A stretch of 64,000 nt of DNA from an uncultured Candidatus Saccharibacteria bacterium (GCA_964534365.1 CAZHOI010000001.1:188171-252170); one strand, 5' to 3'. Positions 27,811 to 38,835 are shown, numbered from the stretch's first letter. Notes: a model not told the origin generated them from the letters alone. A program made the numbers and translations.

Positions 27811-28733
27811 TCCCTTAACTGATTAATTGATAAAGATTCTACTAGTGTTTGATTACAAACTCTTTCTAACTCCACCAGATCAGAAGCGGTGACATCAACT
27901 CTGCTTGCTTGATCATCGTGTTGCAAATAATACATTATCGCTCCTTCGTCGGACACATGCCCCATTCCTAGCGCGTGACCAAATTCATGAACCAGCAAGG
28001 CCAATAAATCAGATTCTGTTTCGTATTGATAAATTTCAATCCCGTATTGATTGTAAATCCCCTGTTTGAAAGTATCTCCTCGCCTGGCAAATTGCTGGTT
28101 AAAAATGGCGACCTCGTCATTAAATTCCTCGACCTGATTGTTAGTTTCTGACGCTAATCGATTTAACCTCTTGGCCAAAGAATTCAAGTTTTTACGATCT
28201 GATTCTAATTGCGCGAAATCATTGGCTAATTTATCTGATCTGGCCTCTAGATCACTGACCGATCCGCCTTCTCCGGCATTATAATTTTCTACCGCTTGAT
28301 TATAGTTAGATTGGTTCTGTTGGTAGCGATCACGCTTGGCAACATAAGATTTCTGCGCTTGGCGGTAATTTTGCTCTAGCTCTTCAACTGAATCAAACTT
28401 GTTTTCTAGAGTTTCGCGACTAGTATCTAGGTTTGATTCTGACGAAAGGCGCTGGATTGTTTGCTGCTGTCGATCATCAAAAATAAATTCAATCATGAAC
28501 GGTGATTCTGGATCATAATCGATTATGGTTTTACCAATTTCTTTATTCCAGACCTCGGCCGCCTGTTGCGCTACTGATATTGCAGTTTCACGATTTAAGT
28601 TAAATTCATCCGGAATTGATCCAAGGCTATATTCTATTCCAGTTTGGCACCCCGGCACCACGGTTTGATAGATAAAAAAACCACTGAATGCAATTATCAA
28701 CAATAAAACTATATTACTAATAAACTTGAACAC
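27789..28733 (-). CDS. matrixin-family (M10) metalloprotease with coiled-coil insert
   Basis: HEFGHALGMGH plus Met-turn AIMY; N-terminal TM. Confidence 0.85.
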   Translation of the reverse strand: MFKFISNIVLLLIIAFSGFFIYQTVVPGCQTGIEYSLGSIPDEFNLNRETAISVAQQAAEVWNKEIGKTIIDYDPESPFMIEFIFDDRQQQTIQRLSSESNLDTSRETLENKFDSVEELEQNYRQAQKSYVAKRDRYQQNQSNYNQAVENYNAGEGGSVSDLEARSDKLANDFAQLESDRKNLNSLAKRLNRLASETNNQVEEFNDEVAIFNQQFARRGDTFKQGIYNQYGIEIYQYETESDLLALLVHEFGHALGMGHVSDEGAIMYYLQHDDQASRVDVTASDLVELERVCNQTLVESLSINQLREWLSNQT

Positions 28734-28859
28734 TATCCTTTAGTATAGCCCCTAACCCCAACAACATAAACTACGATTTGTGGTTTATTGTATCTACTAG
28801 CCTTTTTTGTTACATTAATCCTACACTGCGGGCCGCTATAGCGAGCCTCGCGAAAATAT

Positions 28860-28930
28860 CGCGGGATGGAGAAGAGGTATCTCGGGAGGCTCATAACCTC
28901 CAGACGTAGGTTCGATTCCTGCTCCCGCAA
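28860..28930 (+). tRNA. initiator tRNA-fMet(CAT)
   Basis: C1:A72 mismatch, CGCGGGA/TCCCGCA acceptor, loop CTCATAA, GTTCGATTC. Confidence 0.9.
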
Positions 28931-29024
28931 TGCCGTAAAACAAAAGACTGCCTTGGCAGTTTTTTTGCCACGGCATCACGTGGCGAATACAATGAGCTTT
29001 ACGTGAACGCGTTATAATTAAGTC

Positions 29025-29282
29025 ATGTTTTATGTATATTTGTTAGAAAATATTGAGGATAAAACTTGGTACACCGGTTTTAGTTCTAATTTAAAACAAA
29101 GAATTAAGGATCATTATAGTGGTAAGGGTGGACGGCATACTAGACTAAAACCAAATTGGAAGTTGATTTATTATGAAGCTTATCTAGATAGAACAGACGC
29201 GTTAGGCAGGGAAAAATTTCTAAAAAGTGGGTCGGGTAAAAGTTTCTTGAAAAAGCAATTGAGAAATTATTTAAATTCTTAA
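29025..29282 (+). CDS. GIY-YIG nuclease family protein
   Basis: YVYLL...YTGFSSNLKQRI..H, LIYYEAY, REKFLKSG. Confidence 0.88.
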   Translation: MFYVYLLENIEDKTWYTGFSSNLKQRIKDHYSGKGGRHTRLKPNWKLIYYEAYLDRTDALGREKFLKSGSGKSFLKKQLRNYLNS

Positions 29283-29398
29283 ATACAAAGCAACTAATAA
29301 AGTGAGTAATCGGCGGCAAATTTTGCCCTAATTGCAACTTAGTAGACTTTAATCAATTGTAGTTACACATTTTGTACAACATGTCTTATGATTAAGAC

Positions 29399-30064
29399 AT
29401 GAAAGCACTAATTTTTAACGCAACTTTAAAAAATTCAACTAGCGACCAACCATCTAACACCGGCGCCTTAATTGATAAGGTAGTAGCTGAATATAAGGAT
29501 CTCCATGTGACCACCGAAGTAATTCGTCTGGCCGACTATCACCTAGCACTAGGTACCAGCACCGAAACCGGTGACCCAAATGATCAGTGGCCCGAGCTAA
29601 TCCAAAAAATAAAACAGGCTGACATTTTCTTGATAGCCACCCCCGTTTGGATGGGGCATGTGTCTTCGCTTGTACAGCAAACAATCGAGCGCCTTGACGC
29701 AATCTTTCACGAGGATGAACATACCGATCCAAAAACCGGTCAATACTGGACTTATAATAAAATCGGGGGTGCGGTCGCTACCGGCAACGAAGATGGTGCC
29801 AAGCAGAGCTGTTTCTTTATAATTTCAAGATTGATTAATTTAGGCTTTACCGTGCCACCAAATGGGTACACGTATTGGGTGGGACCAGCTGGACCAGGCC
29901 CTAGCTATATCAAAGCCGGCGGACAAAATCATTTATACACCAATAAAACCTATCGCCAAATGGTACACAATTCGCATAAACTTGCTACGGCACTAAAACA
30001 AAATCCAATTGACACTAACCTGAATGAAATTTATAAACAAGCTAAATCTGATAGCGATCAATAA
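29399..30064 (+). CDS. flavodoxin-like NAD(P)H-dependent oxidoreductase
   Basis: NATLK..SNT, ATPVWMG, TGNEDGAK, YWVGPAGPGPSY. Confidence 0.85.
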   Translation: MKALIFNATLKNSTSDQPSNTGALIDKVVAEYKDLHVTTEVIRLADYHLALGTSTETGDPNDQWPELIQKIKQADIFLIATPVWMGHVSSLVQQTIERLDAIFHEDEHTDPKTGQYWTYNKIGGAVATGNEDGAKQSCFFIISRLINLGFTVPPNGYTYWVGPAGPGPSYIKAGGQNHLYTNKTYRQMVHNSHKLATALKQNPIDTNLNEIYKQAKSDSDQ

Positions 30065-30147
30065 TTATCAGGTATAGGATTTATGCAACCCTACCTGCAT
30101 CGCCTACTATTCATTATATTTTTTTGTAAATCCAGTTGCTAGCCAAT

Positions 30148-30627
30148 TTAATAATGGACACAATAAATATTTGGAATAGAAGAGTTAAATAATGGCAAAT
30201 GATTAAATTCTTTAAGCTCACTCTTGAAGGTTATTACGAACTCGCCATTTTGGCATTCTGTATTTGACGGTAGCGACCCTCCGGCGATTGATGGGTTAGG
30301 AGAATACGAATAGCAATAATCATCTGTTCCCAGCGGATCATCGGGCAAGCGTGAAATATACGAATCCAGGGTGTTTTGAAGAGTTATCCAATTTGAATCA
30401 TTATTACATGATGTGGCGTAGGCATTATCTAATTCGTCCTCCAGCGGGAGTGATCCATTGTCTAAACGATACTTGTAAACTGCCTTGACCAATTCATCAG
30501 CTTCGAGATGGCGCACGGTGTCACGGGCCTCGCTTTTTGATCGCGCCATGTTTCCAATTACAATAGATAAAATGATCCCAATTACGGCTACTACAATCAA
30601 AATTTCGATTAAACTAAAACCTTTCAT
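30148..30627 (-). CDS. type IV pilin/type II secretion pseudopilin
   Basis: KGFSLIEILIVVAVIGII prepilin cleavage motif. Confidence 0.9.
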   Translation of the reverse strand: MKGFSLIEILIVVAVIGIILSIVIGNMARSKSEARDTVRHLEADELVKAVYKYRLDNGSLPLEDELDNAYATSCNNDSNWITLQNTLDSYISRLPDDPLGTDDYCYSYSPNPSIAGGSLPSNTECQNGEFVITFKSELKEFNHLPLFNSSIPNIYCVHY

Positions 30628-30680
30628 CTAACTAAAATTGTATCATTAACCGACCTCCCCGCTCTGCCAGATTACTCATA

Positions 30681-31349
30681 TTAATTCATCATTCTTTCCA
30701 GGTGACTTTCATAGAAATATTCGAAGCCTAGGACCATTAATCCCAATACAAGGGCGAATCCAAACAATAAGCCGAAAACTATGCCAAATAATCGTTTAGG
30801 AGTAGTTTTGAATTGATCACCATCTTTTACGGTGCCATAGTTTGAAGTGGTGGCATTACTATAATTAACAAATTCTGTTCGTATTACATTATCATTCTTG
30901 ATATCTAAAATTATCTGTAACAAATCCTCGGCTACTGACCTCTTGAACGGACCCACATTAATTAATTTTTGTTTTGCATCTTTTAAGACAATAACGTTGA
31001 CGCTCGCCCGATTAAAAATAGATTGATTAAAGTCTTCGTCTAATTCCACTGAAACAATATTGTGCTGATCTAATACCAAACCGCGATCATCAAATACATG
31101 CAACTTTCCTAACGGCAGCACCACTCTACCTGCTTTGATTTTAAATGACTCTACTCGAACACCTTCTCCAGTTATAGCTTTAATAATTACTACAGCGGCA
31201 AATAATCCGAATATTATGAATGATAGTCCGATATTTGAGTCTAAAGCTAGATTATTGGTTAGTTCATACCATAAGAAAGCAGAGCTAATTACCAGCGATA
31301 TTAAAAACCATATTTTAGAAGATCTCTTGGTCTTTTTAATCTCACTCAT
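30681..31349 (-). CDS. hypothetical membrane protein
   Basis: Three predicted TM segments; start set at MSEIKK. Confidence 0.6.
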   Translation of the reverse strand: MSEIKKTKRSSKIWFLISLVISSAFLWYELTNNLALDSNIGLSFIIFGLFAAVVIIKAITGEGVRVESFKIKAGRVVLPLGKLHVFDDRGLVLDQHNIVSVELDEDFNQSIFNRASVNVIVLKDAKQKLINVGPFKRSVAEDLLQIILDIKNDNVIRTEFVNYSNATTSNYGTVKDGDQFKTTPKRLFGIVFGLLFGFALVLGLMVLGFEYFYESHLERMMN

Positions 31350-31353
31350 ATAA

Positions 31354-32448
31354 TTAATCTTTGATTGGTTTTTCAACCTCCATACTATCAATATCAGCCG
31401 ATTCGCCGGTGATTTTAAGCACGTTGCGGTCAATGTGAACTAATTTTTTGCGTGAGGCATTATAATGATTTACCGCTGTACCCAAAGTATTGCCTAATTT
31501 TAGGTGATATTCATCATAGCGAGACAAATTTTCCTTGAGCTTCATGACGTTTTTTTGGATTTTTTCGGTTTGACGTTCAATCTTGAACGCATTAAAACCA
31601 TGCAAAACAGTTTGCAAATAGGCATACAGCGTCATTGGCGATACAATAATCACCTTTTTTTGATTTGCATATTCGATCAAAGACTTGGAATTAACCCCAG
31701 TTCCGGTTTCGTTAATCAGCAAATCATAATATATTCCCTCGGCTGGAATATACATTAGCGCAAAACCAAGGGTCCCTTCCCCGGTGCGAATATATTTGGC
31801 AGTTTCATCAATTCGTTTTTTTAAATCATTTTTAAAATCACGCTCAAGCACGGTAACATCTTCGTTATTTTTCTGAGCGGTGAGTAAGCGGCGATAATTG
31901 TCCAGCGAGAATTTAGCATCAATACAAATAATCCCGTCCTTGGCTTTAATGACAGCGTCCACCGCTTCACCACTATCAAAGCCATATTGAAGTTCATATA
32001 ACTCTCCAGGAACCCCTAACATATTTTCCAAAATCAATGCCAGCCCAGCCTCCCCCAGTGATCCGCGTTGTTTTTGGTTGGTCAGAGTGCGTTCTAATGA
32101 TTGCAAGGTTTCAGTAAATTTTATCACTTGATCAGTCGAGGCTTTGTTTTCAGCCTGCCCTCGCGACACCTGTTGTAAATCCTTGGAAATTCGATCCAAT
32201 AATTCCTGAGAGTTCTGCAGCTGTCCCGCCACTGAACGCTGCATTGCTTTGGAATTATCTTGTACCAAATTTGTATTCTCTTCCATTCGTTTGGATAACG
32301 TTTGGTTTAGGTCTTGCAGCTGATTTTGCATCAACAGCAACTCAGCTGATCGGTTTTTATCATCAGGATTTCGTAATTTAACCAGCAAATAAACTACATA
32401 ACCCAATACCGCAAATAACAATAGTAATAACCCATATAATACCTCCAT
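31354..32448 (-). CDS. rmuC: DNA recombination protein RmuC
   Basis: RGSLGE, IDAKF, MYIPAEGIY, VSPMTL. Confidence 0.92.
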   Translation of the reverse strand: MEVLYGLLLLLFAVLGYVVYLLVKLRNPDDKNRSAELLLMQNQLQDLNQTLSKRMEENTNLVQDNSKAMQRSVAGQLQNSQELLDRISKDLQQVSRGQAENKASTDQVIKFTETLQSLERTLTNQKQRGSLGEAGLALILENMLGVPGELYELQYGFDSGEAVDAVIKAKDGIICIDAKFSLDNYRRLLTAQKNNEDVTVLERDFKNDLKKRIDETAKYIRTGEGTLGFALMYIPAEGIYYDLLINETGTGVNSKSLIEYANQKKVIIVSPMTLYAYLQTVLHGFNAFKIERQTEKIQKNVMKLKENLSRYDEYHLKLGNTLGTAVNHYNASRKKLVHIDRNVLKITGESADIDSMEVEKPIKD

Positions 32449-32450
32449 AG

Positions 32451-35195
32451 CTAGATTGTATCAGTTTTGATTAGGGTAAGAGATTTAGCGGGTGCTACCG
32501 CAGGTGAGCGCCGACGAGCGATCAGTTTGGCCAGCTCGACCAGACCCAAATCAATGCAGGCAATGGCAGCAATCGCCAACCACAAACTAATTGGTAGTGC
32601 AGAAAGTGATAGAAAATCTCTAAGTCCAGGAATTAACATCGAGGCAAGAAATGCTCCAAAGCTTAGCATCACTGCGATGTTTAGTACTTTGTTAGACAGA
32701 ATATTGATTTTCCAGATCGGTCGGTTAAAATCTTTCAGCGCAAATGAAAACACCATTACGTCAATTGTTAATACGGCAAATATCAAGGTTCGCAACTGCT
32801 CGAACGGAATGTTTAATATTCCGAATTGACCCAGCAAGTAAACGCACAGACTAACGGTCCCAAACGCAAAGCTGGATAAAAATAACAATGTTTTAGTTTG
32901 TTGATTCAGAATCCCACGCGAGCCAATTTGATTTGGTGATCGCTTCATAACCCCTTGATCAGCTGGTTCAAATGCATAGGCAAAAGTTAGCAAGCCACCT
33001 TGAATAATATTTATCCACAGAATCTGTTTGGGCAGAATTGGCACTTCAACTGCCAACGCCAATGCAGACATAACAATTAAAATTTCGCCAAATCCAGCTG
33101 AAATACGATGCACCGCCACTCGTCGAATATTATCTAATAATCGTCTACCTTCTTTGATAGCCGCCACGATGGTGGCAAAACTATTTTTTAACAAAATGAG
33201 ATCCGCTGCTGATTTGGCGACATCGGTACCTGAATGAACCGCAATTCCCACGTCAGCCGAAGCCAATGCCGGTGCATCATTAATTCCGTCCCCGGTCATT
33301 GCTACCACATGACCATTCGATTGCAGTACCCCGGCCAGACGTTGTTTTTGAGTCGGGCGCATTCGGGCATAAACTGATACTTGCTGAAAGGTTTTGTAAA
33401 TTTCTTCATCTGATAAGTCCGCCAAATCTTTGCCTTCTACCACTTGATCATCCGTTAATACTTTGGCTTGTTTGGCAATTGCCAGTGCCGTGTTGGCATT
33501 GTCTCCCGTTGCCACCACTACTCTTGCCCCAGCCTCTTGAGCTTGTCTAATTGCCTGCGGCACATCCCCCCTAACCGGATCGGTGTAACCAATTAACCCA
33601 ACAAATTCCAGCTCACTGCCCAGTTCTTGCAAAATATTTATATCGCTTAGTTTTTTGAAATTATCAGCGTGAATTGGAATTCGGGCAACACCGGTCAAGC
33701 GATGACCTCTGCTTGAGAGTTCCTTTTGAATCGAATATAGACGAGCGCGATCAGCCTGGGACATTTTTGTTGGCGTCGCATCCCCGTCATAATAAAAATG
33801 CGCTGATGACACCATGTATTCCGGAGCGCCCGACAAAATCGCATAATGCCCATGATCCCCTTGTACCAATACGGCCGCATAACGGCGCTCGGAAGCAAAC
33901 GGTAAAAAATCTTCTTCGACATCATCATTATTAAGCGCCGAGCGGTCTAGTCCTAGACGCAACCCGGCCTTGACCAAAGCTTTTTCGACAGGTCTACCAT
34001 TAGGTATAGGCTCTCCATCATCTGCAGTAGTAACGTAGCCATCTGAACATAATAGTGCCGAACGCAGCAGTACTTCTTGATGATGATCTAAATTATTTAC
34101 TTCGTCAGTCTGGGGTGCCTTATCAGCAAACGCAGGGATCAGCGACACTAGTGTCATCTCGCCTTGGGTCAAGGTACCTGTTTTATCCGTAATAATAACG
34201 TCAGTTGCGCCCAGCGTTTCGGCTGCAAGCAAGCTTTTAACCAGACCGTCTTGGTTTAATACATGACGCATCCCCACTGCTAAAATAGCGGTAATAGCGC
34301 TTGGCAATCCCTCAGGCACTGCCGACACCGCAATAGCGATCGAGATTAATAATACCTCTGATAAAGGTAAATCTCGCAGTAGTCCAATCACTAAAATCAG
34401 TGCCGATAGCACGATCACAATACCCGACACAATATAAGCCAGGCGTTGCAATTGCTTTTGCAATGGAGTTAATTCAGGCTCGACGTTGCTGGCTTCAGCC
34501 AATTGCCCGAATTCGGTGCTTGATCCGGTGGCTGAAACGATGCCAACCACTGACCCTGATGCCAATAATGTCCCGGCATAAAGCATCGAGGTGCGTTCAG
34601 CCAGGGCAGCGCCGTATTTGACAGGTTGATTGTTTTTTATAATCGGTTCCCATTCCCCAGTTAATACTGCCTCATCAGCCTCGGCATCATCACTTTTAAT
34701 GATTCTGATATCAGCTGGAATGGCTTCACCACTCGAGATATAAACTAGATCACCTGGCACCAAATCTGTGGCAGCAATTAACTGATCGACCCCAGCACGC
34801 TTGACCCGCGAATGTTTAGCCTGTTTTTTTTGGAGGCTGACGAAAATATCTTTTGCTTTGCCTTCTTGATAAAGGGCGATGCCAATATTAATCACAATAG
34901 CCAATGCAACCACAGTTGCGTCCACATATTCACCCAGATAAATTGTTAAAAAGAAAGCAAATACTAAAATTAATACCAATGGGTTAACTAGCTGCTGCCA
35001 AATCCTTTGCAACAGATTTTTGCCTTTTCTGGCTGCTAGGGCATTAGGTCCAAATTGCTGCTGACGGCTTGCGACCTCGGCCGTATCAAGACCGTGTTTA
35101 ACATCAGTGCTCAGCGCTGGGGCCAGCGCAGATAATGGCAAAGAGTGAATTTTACCTCGGTTGTTGTTTATTCTTTCTGGCAGATTACCAGCCAT
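32451..35195 (-). CDS. cation-translocating P-type ATPase (type II)
   Basis: DKTGTLT, PEGLP, TGD, MTGDGINDAPAL. Confidence 0.95.
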   Translation of the reverse strand: MAGNLPERINNNRGKIHSLPLSALAPALSTDVKHGLDTAEVASRQQQFGPNALAARKGKNLLQRIWQQLVNPLVLILVFAFFLTIYLGEYVDATVVALAIVINIGIALYQEGKAKDIFVSLQKKQAKHSRVKRAGVDQLIAATDLVPGDLVYISSGEAIPADIRIIKSDDAEADEAVLTGEWEPIIKNNQPVKYGAALAERTSMLYAGTLLASGSVVGIVSATGSSTEFGQLAEASNVEPELTPLQKQLQRLAYIVSGIVIVLSALILVIGLLRDLPLSEVLLISIAIAVSAVPEGLPSAITAILAVGMRHVLNQDGLVKSLLAAETLGATDVIITDKTGTLTQGEMTLVSLIPAFADKAPQTDEVNNLDHHQEVLLRSALLCSDGYVTTADDGEPIPNGRPVEKALVKAGLRLGLDRSALNNDDVEEDFLPFASERRYAAVLVQGDHGHYAILSGAPEYMVSSAHFYYDGDATPTKMSQADRARLYSIQKELSSRGHRLTGVARIPIHADNFKKLSDINILQELGSELEFVGLIGYTDPVRGDVPQAIRQAQEAGARVVVATGDNANTALAIAKQAKVLTDDQVVEGKDLADLSDEEIYKTFQQVSVYARMRPTQKQRLAGVLQSNGHVVAMTGDGINDAPALASADVGIAVHSGTDVAKSAADLILLKNSFATIVAAIKEGRRLLDNIRRVAVHRISAGFGEILIVMSALALAVEVPILPKQILWINIIQGGLLTFAYAFEPADQGVMKRSPNQIGSRGILNQQTKTLLFLSSFAFGTVSLCVYLLGQFGILNIPFEQLRTLIFAVLTIDVMVFSFALKDFNRPIWKINILSNKVLNIAVMLSFGAFLASMLIPGLRDFLSLSALPISLWLAIAAIACIDLGLVELAKLIARRRSPAVAPAKSLTLIKTDTI

Positions 35196-36088
35196 CAAGT
35201 CGTCGGTTTAAAATTATTATTTTCACTAGATTGCGTATCTGTTTTGCCAGGGGTGTCTTCGCCAATAACAGGGCTGTCATCGCCATTAATTTGAGCAATA
35301 GTATTTTCCAATTTTTGCTTGTTTTTCTCTAGTTCACGGTTTTCTTGACGTAATCGCAAACTTTGCCAGTTACGCATCTGTGAAAAACCAAATACCGAAA
35401 ATACTAATGCTGATACCAAGGTAATGGTGATCAAATTGACAATAAATGAAATCAGAGAGCCGGTAAAAACATCAGCCGATAGCAAAACCGCCCCCACCCC
35501 AATATTTGCCAATGGTGGCACCAACGATACGGCGATTGCCACCCCAGGCAGCAAAGCCGACTGTGATTGCTTTACCCAGGCATAGGATGCGATTAACGCT
35601 GATAACCCAGCTACAAAAAACGACGTAATATTTGGTGATGACACTAAAACTACCGTCTGATTTATTGATTCTCCGTTTAATAGATATTGAAACATGAAAA
35701 CCACTACTGTACTGGTCAGAACTACCGCCGCGAATGAAACCCCAATAGCTTTGATTGCCCTCAGGGTTGCTTGTTTCGAGGCGGTTACCACAGCCAGTCC
35801 CAATGACAAAATGGGAAATAATGCTGGAGCAACTAACATGGCAGCGATAACAATAGCCAAATTATCATTAATCAGTCCCAGTGCCGCAATTAATCCAGAA
35901 ATAATTAGATAAAAATAATAATCACCATCGGTACGACTTTCTTTAACCAGCGTGTCTACCGCTTGACGTTGTTCGACTAAATTGGCAAAGAATAATATAT
36001 CGTCATCTTTAACCGAAGGATTACTAACCCGCGGATCATTTAATCCTGAGTCAGCAATCGAGCCTGTTTGGACACTAGTTTTGTTCAT
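35195..36088 (-). CDS. DUF389 family membrane protein
   Basis: VIAAMLVAP, LPGVAIAVSLVPP motifs. Confidence 0.85.
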   Translation of the reverse strand: MNKTSVQTGSIADSGLNDPRVSNPSVKDDDILFFANLVEQRQAVDTLVKESRTDGDYYFYLIISGLIAALGLINDNLAIVIAAMLVAPALFPILSLGLAVVTASKQATLRAIKAIGVSFAAVVLTSTVVVFMFQYLLNGESINQTVVLVSSPNITSFFVAGLSALIASYAWVKQSQSALLPGVAIAVSLVPPLANIGVGAVLLSADVFTGSLISFIVNLITITLVSALVFSVFGFSQMRNWQSLRLRQENRELEKNKQKLENTIAQINGDDSPVIGEDTPGKTDTQSSENNNFKPTT

Positions 36089-36167
36089 ATTGTTAAAGTA
36101 TACCAAGCTATTGGCGGTCTACATTAGGCTATAAACAGCTGTATACGCTATAATGACTTTACTATTT

Positions 36168-36629
36168 ATGAACAACCTACAAGATCGCATTACCAGTGAC
36201 CTTAAAATCGCTATGAAAAATCGTGACGCCCTGCGACTAGAGACATTGCGTTCGATTAAAACTGCCTTTACCAATGAATTAGTTCAAAAAGCCCGCACCC
36301 CCCAAGATAATTTGTCAGATGAGGAGGCTACTGCCGTAATCAAAAGATTGCATAAACAACGCCAGGATGCCGGCCAGCAATTCAGTCAAGCGGGTAGAGA
36401 TGATTTGGCGACCAAAGAAAAACAAGAAGCTGAAATACTGGCCGAGTATCTGCCAAAACAATTAGACGATCAGGCACTGACAGACTTGGTTGATCAGGTA
36501 ATTACCGATTTAGGTGATGATTTTGATCAATCCAAAATTGGCATAGTTATTGGACAAGTTATGAAGCGATCTAGTGGTCGCGCTGATGGCAAGCGGGTAC
36601 AAAAAATGGTCGCTAGCAAATTACGCTAA
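36168..36629 (+). CDS. GatB/YqeY domain protein
   Basis: LKIAMKNRD, KQRQDA, EYLPKQL, RADGKRV. Confidence 0.9.
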   Translation: MNNLQDRITSDLKIAMKNRDALRLETLRSIKTAFTNELVQKARTPQDNLSDEEATAVIKRLHKQRQDAGQQFSQAGRDDLATKEKQEAEILAEYLPKQLDDQALTDLVDQVITDLGDDFDQSKIGIVIGQVMKRSSGRADGKRVQKMVASKLR

Positions 36630-36820
36630 ATTTAATTATTTAGCAGTCTTCTGATCTAGAATCACAAAATAATATCTCGCCGTCAGAACTGGACTGACTA
36701 TCTATTGGCTCTTGATTTTGCTGCAGGGTTAACATCAGCAATACTAATGATCCGCCCAATATCATTATTGTGGCTCCCAAAAATTTGATAGCGGTTGAAT
36801 TTAGTAATTTCATTTATTAA

Positions 36821-37102
36821 TTATTCTAGCAGACGAGCTAATCGCAATAAAAATTCTCGCTTGTCTGCAGTAGTCAAAAATACTGCTGCCAGATTTGCGT
36901 TTGAGGTCAACATTTCATTATTGTTTTCTAGATGGCTATTCAATTGTATGGGCTCTTCACCTCCAACCACTCCTTGTGGTTCGGTAAACACACAGGTTTG
37001 ATAAGGGTTATTAAATTGATAGTTTGCCTGACACTGCCAGGCAGCTAGAGCATTGGAACCCAGCAATCCAAATAGAATACTAGCAATTAACAAATACTTC
37101 AT
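36821..37102 (-). CDS. small secreted hypothetical protein
   Basis: Signal peptide ending in ALA; 93 aa. Confidence 0.55.
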   Translation of the reverse strand: MKYLLIASILFGLLGSNALAAWQCQANYQFNNPYQTCVFTEPQGVVGGEEPIQLNSHLENNNEMLTSNANLAAVFLTTADKREFLLRLARLLE

Positions 37103-37189
37103 ATTACTAATTATGAACTTAATTATTGTGGAGTCAAATTACACATCATATCGTGCATTAACTGTTCATCATTATATTTGTGCAAATCG

Positions 37190-38833
37190 CTATTCTTTGA
37201 TCAAAATTAGGGATTGATAAGGCTGCAAACAATCTAGATCATCCGGGATCAATTTAGTAGTAAAATCAGGATTTATAATCTGATATTTACTTAAATTGAT
37301 TCCCAAATTTTCTAATGATCGCTCGCTATTGGAGATGTTGCCCAATAGTAATACCTCATTGTGATTATCAGAATCAGTAAATCTCGAACCCAAGACTGCT
37401 ACTTCGCCTGTATCGATAAACTGATGCTCGCCGCCGAATATAGATTGATAAGTGCTGCGCATCCGACCCAAAAATTTTAACCAATTATAGGCCGAATCTC
37501 GATCAGCTTCGATCAGGTCTACTGTTCTTATCGGTTCGGATGGTTTGGGCAAATTGATTTTTTCAGGTAGTTTTTCAGCCCCGTATTCGCTAAATCCGTA
37601 AAATGGCTGCTGCTTGACCCAACCCATTGTTGTTCTGACTGACGCCCTTTCATCCAGATCAATATTATCAGCCAGACCAATTTCATCGCCATAAAATATC
37701 ACCGGTGAGCCGGGCAAGAAAAACAACACACTATAAATTGACTTCATTTTTGCCTCGTCATAGTCAAACAATGGCCCTAGACGTCGACTAATTCCCCGTC
37801 CGTAACTACGGGCTTTTTCTTCGGGATCAAAATGATCTAGCACTTCATCTTGTTCGTCATCAGATAATTTGCTGGTATTAAATTCGTCGTGATTACGGAT
37901 AAAATTAAACCAAACATTTTTGTCAGTAAATGGCATGTCTTGTAATGCATTAATAAACTGCTGCGTATTTTCGCGAACATATGCCAGTAGTAAATGTTGG
38001 TTGACGTAAAAGTTTAAATTACCGAAAATGCCGTATCCGTCGTGTTTTTCCAAATCCTTAAAATATTTTTTGAAAGCATCCAAATCTAGATCAGTCTCGC
38101 CGAAAAATAAAAATTGGCGATCATAGGTAGATTCCAGATCACGGTGAAGATCGGCAAAAAACTGGTGCCCGTCTTCGAAATTATCTTGCGCTGCCCCAAC
38201 CCGGTCGTAAAACATGTAATTAACCGCATCAATTCTAAATCCATCAGTTCCAAGCGAAGCCCAAAAATCAAAAATGTTTTTTATTTCATTATGAACGTCT
38301 GGATTACGCAAATTCAAATCTGGTTGGAAAGAATAGAAACTATGGTGATAATATCGGCCGGATCGCTCGTCAAATTGCCACGGACCGTGCTCGTCACCGG
38401 GAAAAGCCGCTCGCGAATCAGACTGGTAATCTGGCTGGTCACGCCAAATATAGTAATTGGAAAACTTGGATTTATCATTCATGCGCCCAGCCTGGAACCA
38501 ATGGTGGATATTAGAAGTATGATGAATCACCATATCGATGAACACTTTTATATCACGACTGTGTGCTTGCTCGATTAATTCAATATAGTCACTAAGGTCT
38601 CCTAGACGTGAGTCAACCGAAAAATAGTCAACAATATCATAACCATTATCGCGCCACTGCGACGGATAAAAGGGTAGCAACCAAATTGCCTTGACCCCCA
38701 TTGATTTCAAATAGTCTAGTTCCGAAATCACTCCCCCTATATCACCATACCCGTCAGCGTTCGAGTCCTTGAAATATTTGACATCAATTTGATAAACAAA
38801 TTCATTTTGCCACCTGTCGCGATTATTTGGCAT
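37190..38833 (-). CDS. GH13 alpha-amylase family protein (trehalose synthase TreS-like)
   Basis: FKDSNADGYGD, WLLPFYPS, DGFRIDA, RNHDE, YGRGISRRL, YGDEIG. Confidence 0.85.
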   Translation of the reverse strand: MPNNRDRWQNEFVYQIDVKYFKDSNADGYGDIGGVISELDYLKSMGVKAIWLLPFYPSQWRDNGYDIVDYFSVDSRLGDLSDYIELIEQAHSRDIKVFIDMVIHHTSNIHHWFQAGRMNDKSKFSNYYIWRDQPDYQSDSRAAFPGDEHGPWQFDERSGRYYHHSFYSFQPDLNLRNPDVHNEIKNIFDFWASLGTDGFRIDAVNYMFYDRVGAAQDNFEDGHQFFADLHRDLESTYDRQFLFFGETDLDLDAFKKYFKDLEKHDGYGIFGNLNFYVNQHLLLAYVRENTQQFINALQDMPFTDKNVWFNFIRNHDEFNTSKLSDDEQDEVLDHFDPEEKARSYGRGISRRLGPLFDYDEAKMKSIYSVLFFLPGSPVIFYGDEIGLADNIDLDERASVRTTMGWVKQQPFYGFSEYGAEKLPEKINLPKPSEPIRTVDLIEADRDSAYNWLKFLGRMRSTYQSIFGGEHQFIDTGEVAVLGSRFTDSDNHNEVLLLGNISNSERSLENLGINLSKYQIINPDFTTKLIPDDLDCLQPYQSLILIKE

Positions 38834-38835
38834 AA

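Noticed and set aside
28733-28930. 65-aa minus-strand ORF
   Set aside because: Antisense to tRNA-fMet; spurious.
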